Source: the human T2T-CHM13v2.0 reference genome, Homo sapiens. Taken from it: DNA of 64,000 bases. The notes under the pieces are model-generated. The model saw only the letters and a list, made by a program, of their open reading frames with translations. It was not told the DNA's origin and did no database searches. The stretch covers positions 19,456,001 to 19,520,000 of the forward strand of contig CP068257.2 of the NCBI GenBank assembly GCA_009914755.4. The letters run 5' to 3'. Positions 14,641 to 28,262 of this stretch are shown piece after piece; positions within the stretch are counted from its first letter, which is position 1, and every line of letters begins with the position of its first letter. The translations under genes and the position numbers were made by a program.

Positions 14641-15610
14641 GCAATAAATGTTTATTGTTGTAAACACAAATTTTTGAGGTAGCATGTTTACAGAAATAGA
14701 TAATGAACACAAAACAGAGAGGTTAGAAATGAAATGACATGAAGTAGGACTTCATAGACAATAGTAGGATTTGAATGCTGTTTAAATTAATGGGTAGTAA
14801 TCTGAAATTATGAAGGGTCCATGTAACATTATTTGACTTTGTTTTAAATAAAAATGAATCAATTATGGAGTACACAGTGTTTGAAGGGGCATAGAATGAA
14901 TCAGGATGTCAAGCTAAAAGGAGTTGTCCAGGTAGATATGAGACATTGATTAGAGTAGAACAGCCAAAATGGAAGCAAGTTGAGAGTTCTGCGATGCAAT
15001 GGAAGACAGAACTGGCCATAAATATGGGTATCCTTCATATACATGATTGCTTGCAATCAACAAGAAAAATACAAGGCAAGTAAATAATGAATTTACTAAT
15101 GGCAAAAAAAATGTGTTTTAAAGATGCTCAATTTCATTAGTATTGGCAAAAACATTAATAATAATGGCATATTTTTCATCCTGAGAAATTAAAAAGACTA
15201 ATAAAACTCTTCATTGGCAAGACTGGAAAATTATTCACTTTCATTTATTGTAGATAAGACACTAAATTGATATAGAGTCTCTAAAGCCAATCTGCAAAGT
15301 CCATACGCTTTCTTCTAGGGAGTGAATTTCACGGAATTTTTCCCAAGGAAATGTTTGCAATATTAATGAACACTCATTGTTCATTGTAAGACCATTTATA
15401 ATAGTGGATACTTGGAAGCACCTCATAGGCTCATCATATCGTATATAATTAATCTTGCTTATGGCATAATATATAAAATACATGTTCCAAGAGGGTATGT
15501 TTATCATTAATCTATATATATAAGTGTAAAACTATATATGTCCATGTTATATTTCATGGTATGTGTACGTGTGTATGTAAAAAGGCAGTATTTACCAAAA
15601 AAAGGACAGT

Positions 15611-15854
15611 AGCTTGAAGCCAGGAATTTGAGACCAGCCTGAGCAACAAAGCAAGACACAGTCTCTACAAAAAATTTAAAAACTTAGTTGGGTGTGGTGG
15701 CATGCTTCTGTAGTCCCAGCTACTCAGGAGGCTGAACTGGGAAGATCACCTGAGCCCAGGTGTTCCAGGCTGCAGCGAGCTGTGTTTGCACCTCTGCACT
15801 CCAGCCTGTGCAACAGAATGAGAGACATGTCTCAAAAGCAAAAAAAAAAAAAAG
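15611..15854 (+). mobile_element. Alu SINE, 5'-truncated, older (AluJ/S-like), with A-tail
   Basis: gagaccagcctgagcaacaaagcaagacacagtctctacaaaaaatttaaaaa...tgtagtcccagctactcaggaggctga...ctgcactccagcctg...aaaaaaaaaaaaaa. Confidence 0.9.
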
Positions 15855-17756
15855 GAACAGCCAAATATGATTATTTCTGGGCAATATATTTAAATATGAT
15901 GTTTCTTTCTTTAGATTTTTCTTTATTTAGAGATTCTTTGTGCCAACATTATTTTTAAATATAAAAATAATCCAAAACTGTTGACAAAAATGTAAAATAT
16001 AAAAAAGCTAAAACATTACCTATATTATGACTTTCTATTATAAGAAATATTACAAAGTTAATTTCATTACATTTGTCATTTTCTCCAAATATTTTCTTTA
16101 TAGTAATAATTTTAGATCCTTTGTAGTCTTTATGCTTACATCTTTAGGTCTTTAGAAAACATTATTTTTATCTATTGGTATTAATTAGAACAGAAGAAAA
16201 AATCATGAGAATGATGGGAAAAAGTAAAACTACACTGATCATTAATAAAAAAAAATCAGGACATGTAGGAAAGAAAAAAGAATAAAGATAACCGCTACAG
16301 ATTTAGTAGAGTTATCAGTTTCTATGGTTTTCAAATAAACCATAGGCTAGTCACAAATGTTTTAAAAATTGTTAACATGATATTTTTGTTCTGAGTCAAT
16401 CTTTGAAAAACAGTTTAGTTGTATAAAAACTATTTCTCAAAAATTATTCTCCCACTGAATTTTAGTTTATTCAAAGTATGAGGTACTTGTGATAAGAAAT
16501 ATCTTATCCATTAAAATACTGCTTTATATTTGCCTTTTTAGAGAGAGACCAAAGATCAAATCTAAAATCAGTAAGAAATTTCTGCTTTTCATATTTATTT
16601 GATACCAGTCCATCTCGTTTAGGGTTTATTGGAGTTCTTAAAACGTCTGGTAATAACAGCCATAATAATAGTGTGTTACTTATGTAATTATTAATCCTGT
16701 TTACATTTCACATGTATTATTTTATTTTATCATTATCACAACATGGAGTAGCTTTGATTAATGGTTTTCACTTGCAAAATAAGACAACTGAAGCTCAGAA
16801 AGATTACATGACCTGTCCAGCACTATAGATCTAGTAAATGGTGGTGCAAAAAAATAATACCAGAGCCCACAATGAAATCATTTCCTCAAAAACTATATCT
16901 GATGTTTTTTTCCATGCAAGGTTAATAGACATAGTCACACAGCTTCCAAAATGTTTCCTTTGGTTTCACTATTGAATAGGGACAGGTCAGTTTTTTCTGA
17001 AAAGTGTCATTCCACCCCCGTTTCCCAGCCTGTATTTTTCCCTCTACATATTAACTATCTTAGTTGCCAAATTTCCTACTTAATTTTTGATTTAAATATA
17101 ATTGTGATCTTAATTATATTAAAAATAACTTCTAAAAACTTTCAACATATTTTATTTACTGCACGTTAGCATTAAGGGAAGACTCTAATCCTAAAGGGGC
17201 TTACTGTGGTAACTCAGGACACAAACTATTTTATAGAAAATGTTGGACAGTAAGAAAGAGCAACTGGTAATCAAATGCATTTGTTATTGACTTGATTCTT
17301 ATCTGTTTGACACTACCCAGTGGATATGAGCTGACTTTGCTTCAACCACGGTGTCACTGCCAATACTTAATTTATATCTAGTGGGAGAAGAATTATATAT
17401 TTTTCTTGTTTAATCCTGTACCCTTCAGAAGCTTATTTATAAAGTACCAGTTGGATATTATCTAGTTTTGTTCTACAATTTATTAATATGTATTTGAATA
17501 TTCTTGGTGTACGTTGTAGGGATTAGAGTACCAAAATTTCACACGATAAGCAGGTATATATTTCCTCTAAAGTAAAAGCAGCTGCAATATATAACTAAAC
17601 ATGTAATTTAATTCTTTAAATCCTGTACTTTAATTTTGTTTATAGTTTTTGTGTGTATTATGTCACCAAAGTCTTTACATCTGAAAAACCAAATTGTTCA
17701 ACCCAACCATAACTAAATATTTGAAAAATGTAATTTGACTCATAAAGACTTTTTTT

Positions 17757-17815
17757 TTTAATAAACACTTATTAAAATGTACTGTGTGCCAGGCTTTAAG
17801 TCTCACCCAAGAATT
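17757..17815 (-). mobile_element. MIR 3'-end fragment
   Basis: aacacttattaaaatgtactgtgtgccaggc matches the reverse complement of the MIR tail (gcctggcacatagtaagcgctcaataaatgtt). Confidence 0.35.
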
Positions 17816-20094
17816 CTGCAGAGTGAGGCCAGATTTTCATACAACTGGATTTCATTCACGGTTTAATTTCTCTTGTAAAAGTTGAAAAATAGCAATCTAG
17901 AATACATTTGGCCATTGACGGCACTTTCAATTTTGAAGCTGTACTGAAGCTGTCACACTACCATCCAAATTACTGTCAAAAATGAGTATGCTAATTGAAA
18001 AGCTCTGGCTATGAAGTTAAGTGTTGCAGTTTTATCAAGCATAGATAAGAACACTATATAAAACATGGATTTTAAGGTGAATTGAATTTATCAAATTGTA
18101 AGGGCAGGCTATAATTTGAAAATCCTACATTAGATGGATTTTTCAAATTCTAATTTGTTGTGAATAATAATGTTCAGCAGAAGAGAAGAGCTGTATTTTC
18201 TTGCATTCCTTGGTTTAGGATTTTTAGAATAAGGACATTTCTACCAGGATTCAAAATTCCTTACTAGCATAGCTCATGAATCTCCTCCCTACTTATTGTA
18301 TTGGAAAAACTATCCAGCACACAAAATGTTAGCATTTCAGGAATTTGTAATCAACTGATAAATCATAAGTATTTGTTTATAAGTCAGATCATACATCTAA
18401 AAACTTATAGGGTAAATCAACCCCACTATTTGCTAACTCTCGGGTATCACCATAGGCTGTTCTGTGGGCAGGAGTCCATATTTTCATTGACTACAGTTAT
18501 GATAATGGTTTCTAGTTTTACACAAATATTTTTCCTTCTGATGTCTAACTAATTGTGAAAATAGCATAACATATCACATTTGTGAAAGTTATTTAGCTGC
18601 TGGGGTCACTGCTACTGTGAAAAGATCAGTCATAATTTGTGCAGTGGTTGGAATATACTTTTAGATGTCACTGGGGAAAAAAATCTTGGCTTTAAAATGC
18701 CTTTGTAAAGATAAGCCAGTTGTAAGGTGTGATTCCATTGTTAAGATTAATAATATGAATGACCAGTTAAATATGGGTCTGTACTGACTGGAAACTCTTG
18801 AAAAATGAACTTCAGATATTTGAATTGCATTGTTTTATATGCACATCTTATATATTTTAAATATAAAAGGTAGCTAAATCCATGAATTAGCTTTCACAGG
18901 ATATGATTATCAACATCTCATGTACCCCACAAATATATACACATACTATGTACCCACCAAAATCAAAAATAAAAAAGTAAACTTTTTTGCTTCATGTGGC
19001 AAATTGCAATAGCTCTTTTTTCTAAAAGTATTTCTAATTTTATTTCTTGTGTTTTTCTTCATTTCATTCAATTATTAATGAAATATTTTAAATGTTCATT
19101 AAAGTTCAGTGGAAATGCCATTTCCACCAGTTTTTTCTTTCATTTTTTACATTGCTGTAAGACTTTGACAATGTGTTGAACCTCTAAAATATTTGTCAAT
19201 CATGCTTTCTTGTAAATATATAGTCAAACTGTGATTCAATTACAATAGTATTTTCTGTTTCTCAACTGTTAACTGTTTGACGATAGTAAGAGTGTCTAAT
19301 TCATCCCTCTTTCCTCTAGCTGTTAACACAAGATTTGGCATGGGTTAACAACTCATTTACTATTTAAAGATAAGAACCTTTAACAGAAAATGCCAGTCAT
19401 ATAATGTAAAGGAGGCACAGGGTATGTATTTTCTGTGTATAATTCAAGCTAAGTGTTAAATAGCACAGGCTCATAATTATTTTCTTAATTCGAGTATGTA
19501 ATGTGTTTTGTCTTGCTGGAGTTGCCTCCAAAGCCGTTGTAGGGGGAGTTCCTTCAAGGGACTGCTTCAAACCATTCCATGAAGGGGCCAGTTGGGATTA
19601 CAAAGAAGGAAACACTAAAAGCCGGGGTGATGAATCCAAAGCGTTTGCAGCATTAGGGGAACTTACATACAGAGGGCTTCAGCGTCCTCATGACAGAAAA
19701 AAATACGTTCTACCCAAGTATGTCCTTAACCAGAGTGTCACCCTATGTAGTTTATATAAGAGTGTCAGGAATTTGGCCCAGGCCGTTGCTAGATTCTATG
19801 TGTTTGGCAGCATGCTTGATATTTCAGGGCTTGGGAAAACCACCTAAACAACTTCCTGTGGGCCTTGGAGTACTCCTTGATACCTTCCAGGCCCCAGTTT
19901 CCCCAGTTTGGGTTTAAGCCTGCAGGGAAAAACATGAAGCTGGCTGGGTCACTGAGCACTAAAGGCACTCTGACTTTCTAGGTAAGGACAAAGAAAGAAA
20001 ATAGGGGACACTGGGGACTCTACATATAAAGATACAATTTCCTCTGTGTTTAATAAAGTCTAGGGTATACCAGATTAATGCAACAAAATATGAA

Positions 20095-20186
20095 CAAAAA
20101 ATAACTCATACAAGGCATTCCCTGGTAGTTTCATGGATCTTTTCATGAGACTACCAGGGAATGCCTTGTATGAGTTATTTTTTTGG
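20095..20186. repeat. Perfect inverted repeat (hairpin): 35-bp arms with 20-bp loop
   Basis: aaaaaaataactcatacaaggcattccctggtagt (20095-20130), loop ttcatggatcttttcatgag, then actaccagggaatgccttgtatgagttattttttt (20151-20186); exact reverse complement, 0 mismatches. Confidence 0.9.
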
Positions 20187-23100
20187 AAAAACCTGTATAT
20201 TTTGATTTTATTAAAACAATTATTTGGAGATTGCATCTTTCTCTACCACAAAACTACCAGTAGACATTGTCCTTTATGAGAAGGCAAAGGATATGTGACT
20301 GAATTGGTTCTACCACTTATCGAGGAACTGAACTTAGTTCCTTAAACTAGTAACTTTGGCTTTTAATTCAATTAAATACAGATTATAACACAGAGTCAGT
20401 GAGAATATCAAAATGGTAATGTAAGAGGAAAAAGGGCTCCTGGACATGGTGTGTTTTTTAATAACAATAATTGAATAAGGGGATACATTAAAGTTCTGCT
20501 TACACAAAAAGAAATCATCATGCATATGTTTCAGGAAAAGTATATTTGTTGTGTACTATTTTTGTTAAAAAGGCAATAAAATTAATTCTTCTTAGAGTAC
20601 AGTTTCAGGCAAAAAGATTATTCTCCAAACCAAACAGTATGTTTACTTTTACTTATGAGAAGGAAATAAAAAATCTATTGTATTTTATTTTATAATCTAT
20701 ATTTCTAAGAAACTCCAATTCAATAATAAATCACAGTAGCCATATTGTAACAAGTTTTGATTATTCTATTTTATTTTGCTATTCATACGTTACTTCTCTT
20801 TTAAAATGTAAGTCTGTATTCAGAAGGGATGAGTACTAGAGTTGTGCATTGAGGATTGAAAGCACAGAGATGTTATTTAATACTATGGGATTGGTTTTGA
20901 GCCCGGAGGCATGGAAATGGGTTGGCAGAAGTGATATCAGGCTAAGCTCTGGGACACCCACAATGCGGAGGTCTGGAAGATGAGGTTAATCCCACAAGAA
21001 GATCGAAGACTGAGATGGAGGGAGAACCAAGAGGGCAGGGCTCCAGAAGCCGAATGCAGGCAGTGCAAGGAGAGAGAAGCCCACTGTGACACATGCTACG
21101 GATTAAGGAAGATCTGATACAGAGCAGGGATAATCCATTCACAGGAACGAGAAGAAAGCACAGTAGATGGTAACAGAAGCAAGATGCTTGGTAGATTTGG
21201 TGGAAGGGGAAAGGTTAAAGTTCTCTTTTATTTCTTTTTTCTTCCCAACAAAATTAGAGGCACATTTATTTTTTGAATGGGAGGAGGTAGCGGGGGTCGT
21301 TTCAGGTTTGAGGAAAGTGGGAGAAGACATGGAACATTCCACTCCACTAAAAGACTAGGAGCTCAAATGGACAAGGGAGAATTTCTATCCTCTCATTGGT
21401 CTGTGAATTTTTCAGTATTATATTCATTAGATATAAAGTTTCATAGATGGTTTCTGGCATAGTAGATTAATGTTTATTGTGTAAATTACTGAGACATTCA
21501 CTTAAAGAATCACATAATTATTGCATTAAAGCCTGTGTTGTTAACATGTTGAATGTTGCCCAACTTTAAATGACTGTAGACATTCTCTTATTTTAATTAT
21601 GATAATTCTTTCATACAACATTTTAGTTTTCCTCTTCTCTGTTAAAAATACTGTGTTTTTAACATTTAAAATAGCTTTTGCTTTCTTTTCCTTTTTAAAA
21701 CGGCATAATATTCTATAGTGATTCATTGTGTTTTGTTTTTACCCAGCCCCTATCCTCCCTCACACTTTCTCTCCTATTTTCCTTTTTCTCTGAGACATAT
21801 TTTGCTTCTTTTTCAGTTTGCATTCTGCTCTGAATTCTGATTTTCGCTTAGAGAAATATTTTTCATCTCTGGACAACAGAGAAGCAGTGTGAAAAAAGTA
21901 GCTATTTTTATAAAGACCTGGCCTATCCTTCTCATTTTTTCCCGCTTGCTTGCCTGTTTCTATTACAACTTCTATCAACAGTGTTGGCTTTCTATTTGAA
22001 ATAAAGTTGAACCATATCTGGTGCCTGGACATACTTTAAATACACCTCAAAATGAACTGAAATGTTTCAGGTCCTTCTCATCCGTCAAAGGCTGCAGCCA
22101 CTACTCTGGAAGTTATTTTTTGACACACTGATTGCTGGATGGTATCAGTCCTGATAACTCCATTTAAGAATCCTATGAAGAGAAAACTTTTATCGGTCTG
22201 TCACCATCAGGCCTTATCACCCACAAGCAAGTGGTCAAGCTAAAAGAACAGTGCAGATCATAAAGAATGCCCCATAGCAGATTATTATAGGAGATTAGTC
22301 AGCAAGATGAAACAAGTTGCACAGGATTCATCTTTGCACTCTCAAGTCAATAACAAGTATTATAGTAAAAGCATATCTTTGAGGCTTCCTTAAACTACTT
22401 CCATGCAGCACTGGCTTCGTAGGATTGGTAAGAATGGGATGTGTTCTTTTGCTCTCCTGCACGTGATGCTGAACGTGGGGTGCATGTGTTGCTTTTCTGA
22501 ACAGCATTCTTTTTTCACAAAACTTCGTCTTTTCCAGGTGTTAGCATTAAGTTCTCTTTATATTAGGGGTATTGTGGTTTTTAGAATTTAAGACATATAC
22601 CAGTGGTTCTCAAAGTGACAATATCCACCAGATTCATGGAATATAGCTTTCAGGGGTTCTGTGAGGTTAAAAACCAAACCAAACAAAACTATTTTCATGA
22701 TAATGCTCACACAGTAGGTGCGATTTTTCAACTTCTTGACCTTTGCGCTAGTAGGCAAAAGCAATGGTGGACAAAACTGCTGCTCCTTAGCAGGAATCAC
22801 GGTGGCACAAAATTGTTTTAGTAATCATTTTATTCTTCACTGTCACACAATCACAGGAGGGGAAAAGCCAATTTCATTTAAGAATGTCCGTCAAGAGGCA
22901 GTAAAATATACTAATGTTTTATATCTAAGCACTTAACGGTGCACTATTGGACAAAATTGTAACTGCATATTAGCCATTTTCTGTGGCAAACAGATACAAT
23001 AATTATCTTGAGGAAGAAGTAAGTGTGGATTATTTGAGTTGTGAGACAAACTAGTTGCTTTTTGTTTCTTTTACACACATGGCCTATTATTGAAAAAAAA

Positions 23101-24350
23101 AAGATGACTGGGAAACTATGATTATTAAGACTGAGGTATTTAGCAGATTTTGTTTTCCAAAAACGCACAAAGTGTGTTTGTCAATTCAGGGAAGTACTAG
23201 GAATTGTTATCAACTCTTAACGTTGACAAAATTTGTATTTTAATCAGTTTATCCTAAATAGAACTATTTTGTATTGTAAATGTTTAATGTGTATTTTCTC
23301 AAGTTATTTAAGATTATAAGGCTTAAAGCAATGCCTCTTTTTTTTGATTGGCCTCATGATAATTTAATACCAATTCTGGGTTTTTACTATGGATATTTAT
23401 ATTGTTAGATAGTCTTTATTTCTATTTGTATGACCTCAGCTTTATACTAATTGCTTTATTCGGGAGTTAAGAAGGTCCAAAAGTTCCATATAATTCTCTA
23501 ACTAACATTGAGTTATAATCAATCATGAGTCATAATCAATTTTGCTGTAGCTTGTGTAGCCATCATTTCTCTCTCCCTTTTAGTGTGTGAACGTATATGT
23601 TCTCAATAGTCTGTGAATACTTGTGAACAAAGAAAAAAATTATTTTCTACAGTATTTATTAGAAAAATAATAAGCATTTTGAGTATGCTTTTTAACCTAA
23701 CTCTCAAATATCCTGATATATCACACAAGTTTTAGCAGAAAGATGTGGCAGGCTTCTCATGAGACTCTCCAGGCATATGCAAATCTAAAAGAAAGATAAA
23801 ATATCTGGTATTTTATTTTTTAAAGCCCTTTGCTCTCTACAAAAATTGTATTCTTTAAACAGAAATGTGGGCTATTATAAGCAATGTTTCATTTTCCTAT
23901 TGTCTGTTTAAAAATATCATTTGTAAATTGCAGTTGGTCTTGCATGAATGTGTTTCTAAAATTGTTTGGGAATTATGTACTAATAGACCTCCTGGGATAT
24001 ACTCCTTAGTTTACAAGGGTCGGTGTTAATGTTCTGCCATAGGAAAAGCTTAGTAACAAGAGTGGAGATGTCATCTTTGCCAAAAGCTGTTTCTTAAGTC
24101 TAAAGAGCATGGCAGAACAAAGAGCTTGAGCTACTTTAATGATGCCAATGGTACTACAAAAGTGGTTCCCAACAGCTGTTGTAATAAACCACTGATCAGT
24201 ATCTTTTTGGGGCCCTGTGGGGAACAGAATAACAGACCAAACACACTTCAGGGCTTCCCAGAGCTTCTTCCCCTTTAACATGAGTAATTCTGCTTTTATT
24301 AAACAAAACAAAACAAACCTGATTCGCTCATTATGTCTATTAAATTCTGA

Positions 24351-24650
<300 letters not shown>

Positions 24651-25475
24651 TAATTTCATTTAAAGATGCAATTTTCCTGAGTGAAAAAAATTAAGTCCTG
24701 GCTAGTGAGTCCTTCAGGTCAGTGTTATATTTGCTTGGGGATATGTTTACTGCTAGTAAGTAGCATAAAAGAAATAATTTTATTAGAGCTTTATCCAGCC
24801 TCTCCTTGTGGCATTACCCTTCAGTGTCTTTCTCAGCCCTGAATGCTAAGCCACCATTTAGAATCCTTATTGTTAAATTACCATAAAATAGAGTTTCAAA
24901 GTAAAAAATTCTACCAGAATTAGTTAAGTTAAATAAAACATTAAAATCTTCCAGTTTACACTCAGTTTCTCTCCCCACTTAATTCATCACCACTCTCTTC
25001 TTGGTAATTAGAATATTAGGTCCATCTTGGTCCTAATGGTTAGGTCAATGTTTGGAAATGCCGCTTTCAAAGATTATTAAGTCCTGTTACCAGCTTTTGT
25101 GAATAAGTTCATGGAATGTCCCTGCATTAATTGTCTTTGTTTCTGATTACAGTCTTTTAAGAAAAATTTCTCTAAAATAACTTCCTGGTAGCTATTTTAT
25201 ATACTTCTATACTCTGACATAATTGTCTTCTTCCTTCAGTAATCATAATTACACAAACCTCCTTCAGAATCATTCTACATTATTTTCCTGGGAAAGTTTA
25301 ATTATAAGTTCAAAACAGTGGGGATATTGTGCGTGTGTCTGTGTGTAGAATTTGCAATGTCTTGTATTTAAAGAAAGAAAATCAATTCAAATTGGATCCC
25401 AAATACTGAAATGAATTTTTGGAAATAAGAAGTTCATGGGTAGGACTAGAGTTCAGGGCTTCAGGTCCGCTTCTC

Positions 25476-25479
25476 TGAG

Positions 25480-25517
<38 letters not shown>

Positions 25518-25574
25518 TGTCTGTCTTTCATGCTGAGATTGTGTGTGTGTGTGTGTGTGTGTGTGTCTTTCATG
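25476..25574. repeat. (GT)n microsatellite present as a tandemly duplicated block (ctgagatt-(GT)n-(TCTG)n-tctttcatg, twice)
   Basis: Two adjacent (GT)18 and (GT)13 runs, each flanked by the same ctgagatt...tctttcatg sequence. Confidence 0.9.
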
Positions 25575-26092
25575 AGAAGGGTTTTTTCTAAGTCACCTTG
25601 TTTGCACATAGATGTGCAGTTCCAGACATCATATTCAGGAAAATAAAATGTATTTTCTTGCGTTTATTAGTTTAGGATCCATTTATTATTTTTAAGATGC
25701 TCCCAGCGGACATGTGCTTGACGAGAAGTGAACCACATGCCATGTGTGAAGGGATTAGCATAATTGTTTCAATGAAAACACCACTCTGACCAGTGGAGTG
25801 TTGAAGGGAAAAATACTTGACTACTACACATTGCTAGATCCCATGAGAGATTATATAAATTAAATATAATGTGGAAAACCTGCTCTTAAGTGCTTTATAG
25901 TTTACAGAGAGTTAAATATATATGTAGCATATGAATAACTCTGATATACCACAAGTAGATATGGCTGACGAAGTGTCTTTCACCTTGATAGGACGGCCTG
26001 TTTAGTTTAAGGCCTTACCAGTTAGGCGGGCTATCTTAACACCTGCTTGGTCCATTTAGCATAGTAGGTACTCAAGAAATACTCACCAATGT

Positions 26093-26416
<324 letters not shown>

Positions 26417-26554
26417 TTACAAATACTTGAATAAACGAAGAAAGCTCAAAAAGAATTAAAATTTTAAGGCGATAATTTTTGGGGAAAAAAACAATGTCAC
26501 CAAAATTCTTGTGTTTTTAAATTTTAAAATATTTATTTGAAGAAAAAGGATTAT

Positions 26555-27200
26555 GTATATTCAGTGTACAATATGATGATTTGGTATATATCGACATTGT
26601 GATATATACATCTACATATAATGAGCATCACAATCAAATTAATATATCCAGCACCACTCATGCTATATATTGGATCCCCACAACTTATTAATCTTATATC
26701 TGAAAGTTTATACCTTTTGATCAACATTTCCCTACCTCCCTCATGCTCACAGCTTGGCAATCACTTTTCTACTCTCTGTTTCTATGAGTTTGACTTTGTA
26801 AGATTCTATATATAAGTGAGATCATACACTATCTGGTATATTCATTGTGGAAAACTTTACAGTTTCCTAGAGAAATGAAAATAAAACTATCATACAATCC
26901 AGCATTTCCATCTCTTGGTGAAATAAATATCTTGTAGAGGTTTCTGCACCTCCTTGTTTATTGCAGCATTATGCACAACAGCTAAAATATGAAAACAACT
27001 TGTATTGATCAACAGATGAATAAAGAAATTGTGAATATATTTATGTTTCATATATATGATAATGCAATGAAATGTAACAGCAATAAAAAAGTAGGAAATA
27101 CTACAATTTGCAATAACATTAATGAACCTGGAGAAAATCATGCTAAGTAAGATAAGCCAATATTATTCTTTGACATTACAGATTCTACTCTTTCATTATT
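26555..27200 (+). mobile_element. L1 LINE fragment, 3' portion (older L1M/L1PB-like ORF2 C-terminal region and 3' end)
   Basis: ...ggatccccacaacttattaatcttatatctgaaagtttataccttttgatcaacatttccc...acttttctactctctgtttctatgagtttgac...aatccagcatttccatctcttggtgaaataaatatcttg...tattgatcaacagatgaataaagaaattgtg...catgctaagtaagataagccaa matches L1 3' consensus motifs. Confidence 0.7.
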
Positions 27201-28129
27201 TCACTCAGCCTGTGAAGTCTTATTGAGGATTATTGGACCTAGTCTTTTTTCTTCAAAGCATATATCTTTGTTCGTGATTCTGCACTTATGTGTATCTTTC
27301 CTTGATTAATCGTGGTCTCCTTTACTTGATTTCAAGTTCTGTGAAGACAGAGACTTCTCTCATTTGGTCACCAATTTAAACAAGGATATGGCTTAGTATT
27401 AGGGTATACTAAAAAGTTTATCTAATTCTATATAATGATTGAACTAATAAGTGGATTTATTAAACTAAGTTGCCTGATATTTATGACTTTTAAATATATT
27501 AATAGTGCTAGAAATAACTTTCCATTTAGTTAGGGATAACTTTTCAAATCCTAATGGAAAATCTCTTGGTGAATGCTAAATTGAAGAAAATTTTCCAATA
27601 TTTCCCTGTTAAATGTTCACTTGCTCAAGCACCTACCTAGACTCTCAGCAACAAATACAGAATATGTTCTTCTAATGAAGTTATTTGGTAACCTTGATGC
27701 TCTTCAAAATGAGAATGCATCACCTTTTTCTTGTTCAATAGCTGTGATTAATTATATAGACCATCAGCAAGAAGCTAGGCATAGGCGTACAAGTCACTAT
27801 AATACATGCCTGTCCTAACGAGTTATTTATTACAAACAACCCAAAGATGCAGCGGGGGGGCAGGCTATGATTAAATCTCAAAATAAGCTTAGGAACAAGT
27901 GCCTTAGTAGTTCAGGAAGGAGAGAGGAGATCATTCTGTCTTTCTGCAAGATGATCTGAACTGCACTCTGAAGGCTTAGCCAGTTCAGACAAGCTAAAAG
28001 GAAGGGGTGAGGGACCTTGTAGGTTGAGAGAAAGCAGTAAGGAAGAATGCTCTAAATTCATCTACTTTATGGTCTTGGAACTGATCAGCAGCCATGTTAA
28101 TTACCGTAACTCTTAAACAAAGGGTATTG

Positions 28130-28262
28130 CTTTGTTTTTCTTTCTCTTTCATTTCTTTCTTCTACTTCCCCTTACTTCCTTCTAATTTCACTTTTCTTCT
28201 ACTCTTTTTCTGTTTCTGTCCTATTGCTATCCTTTCCTTCCCAATATTTCTCACCCACATCC
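28130..28262. repeat. Polypyrimidine (CT-rich) low-complexity tract
   Basis: ttctttctctttcatttctttcttctacttccccttacttccttctaatttcacttttcttctactctttttctgtttctgtcc. Confidence 0.6.

Noticed and set aside
19503-20071. Calling this GC-richer block, with ORFs 19503-19847 and 19690-19917, an ERV LTR or an exon
   Set aside because: It has LTR-like features: it starts with tg, ends near ...tacca, and has aataaa near its 3' end. I cannot match it to a consensus from memory and it has no clear coding features. It is left unannotated pending a RepeatMasker or Dfam search.
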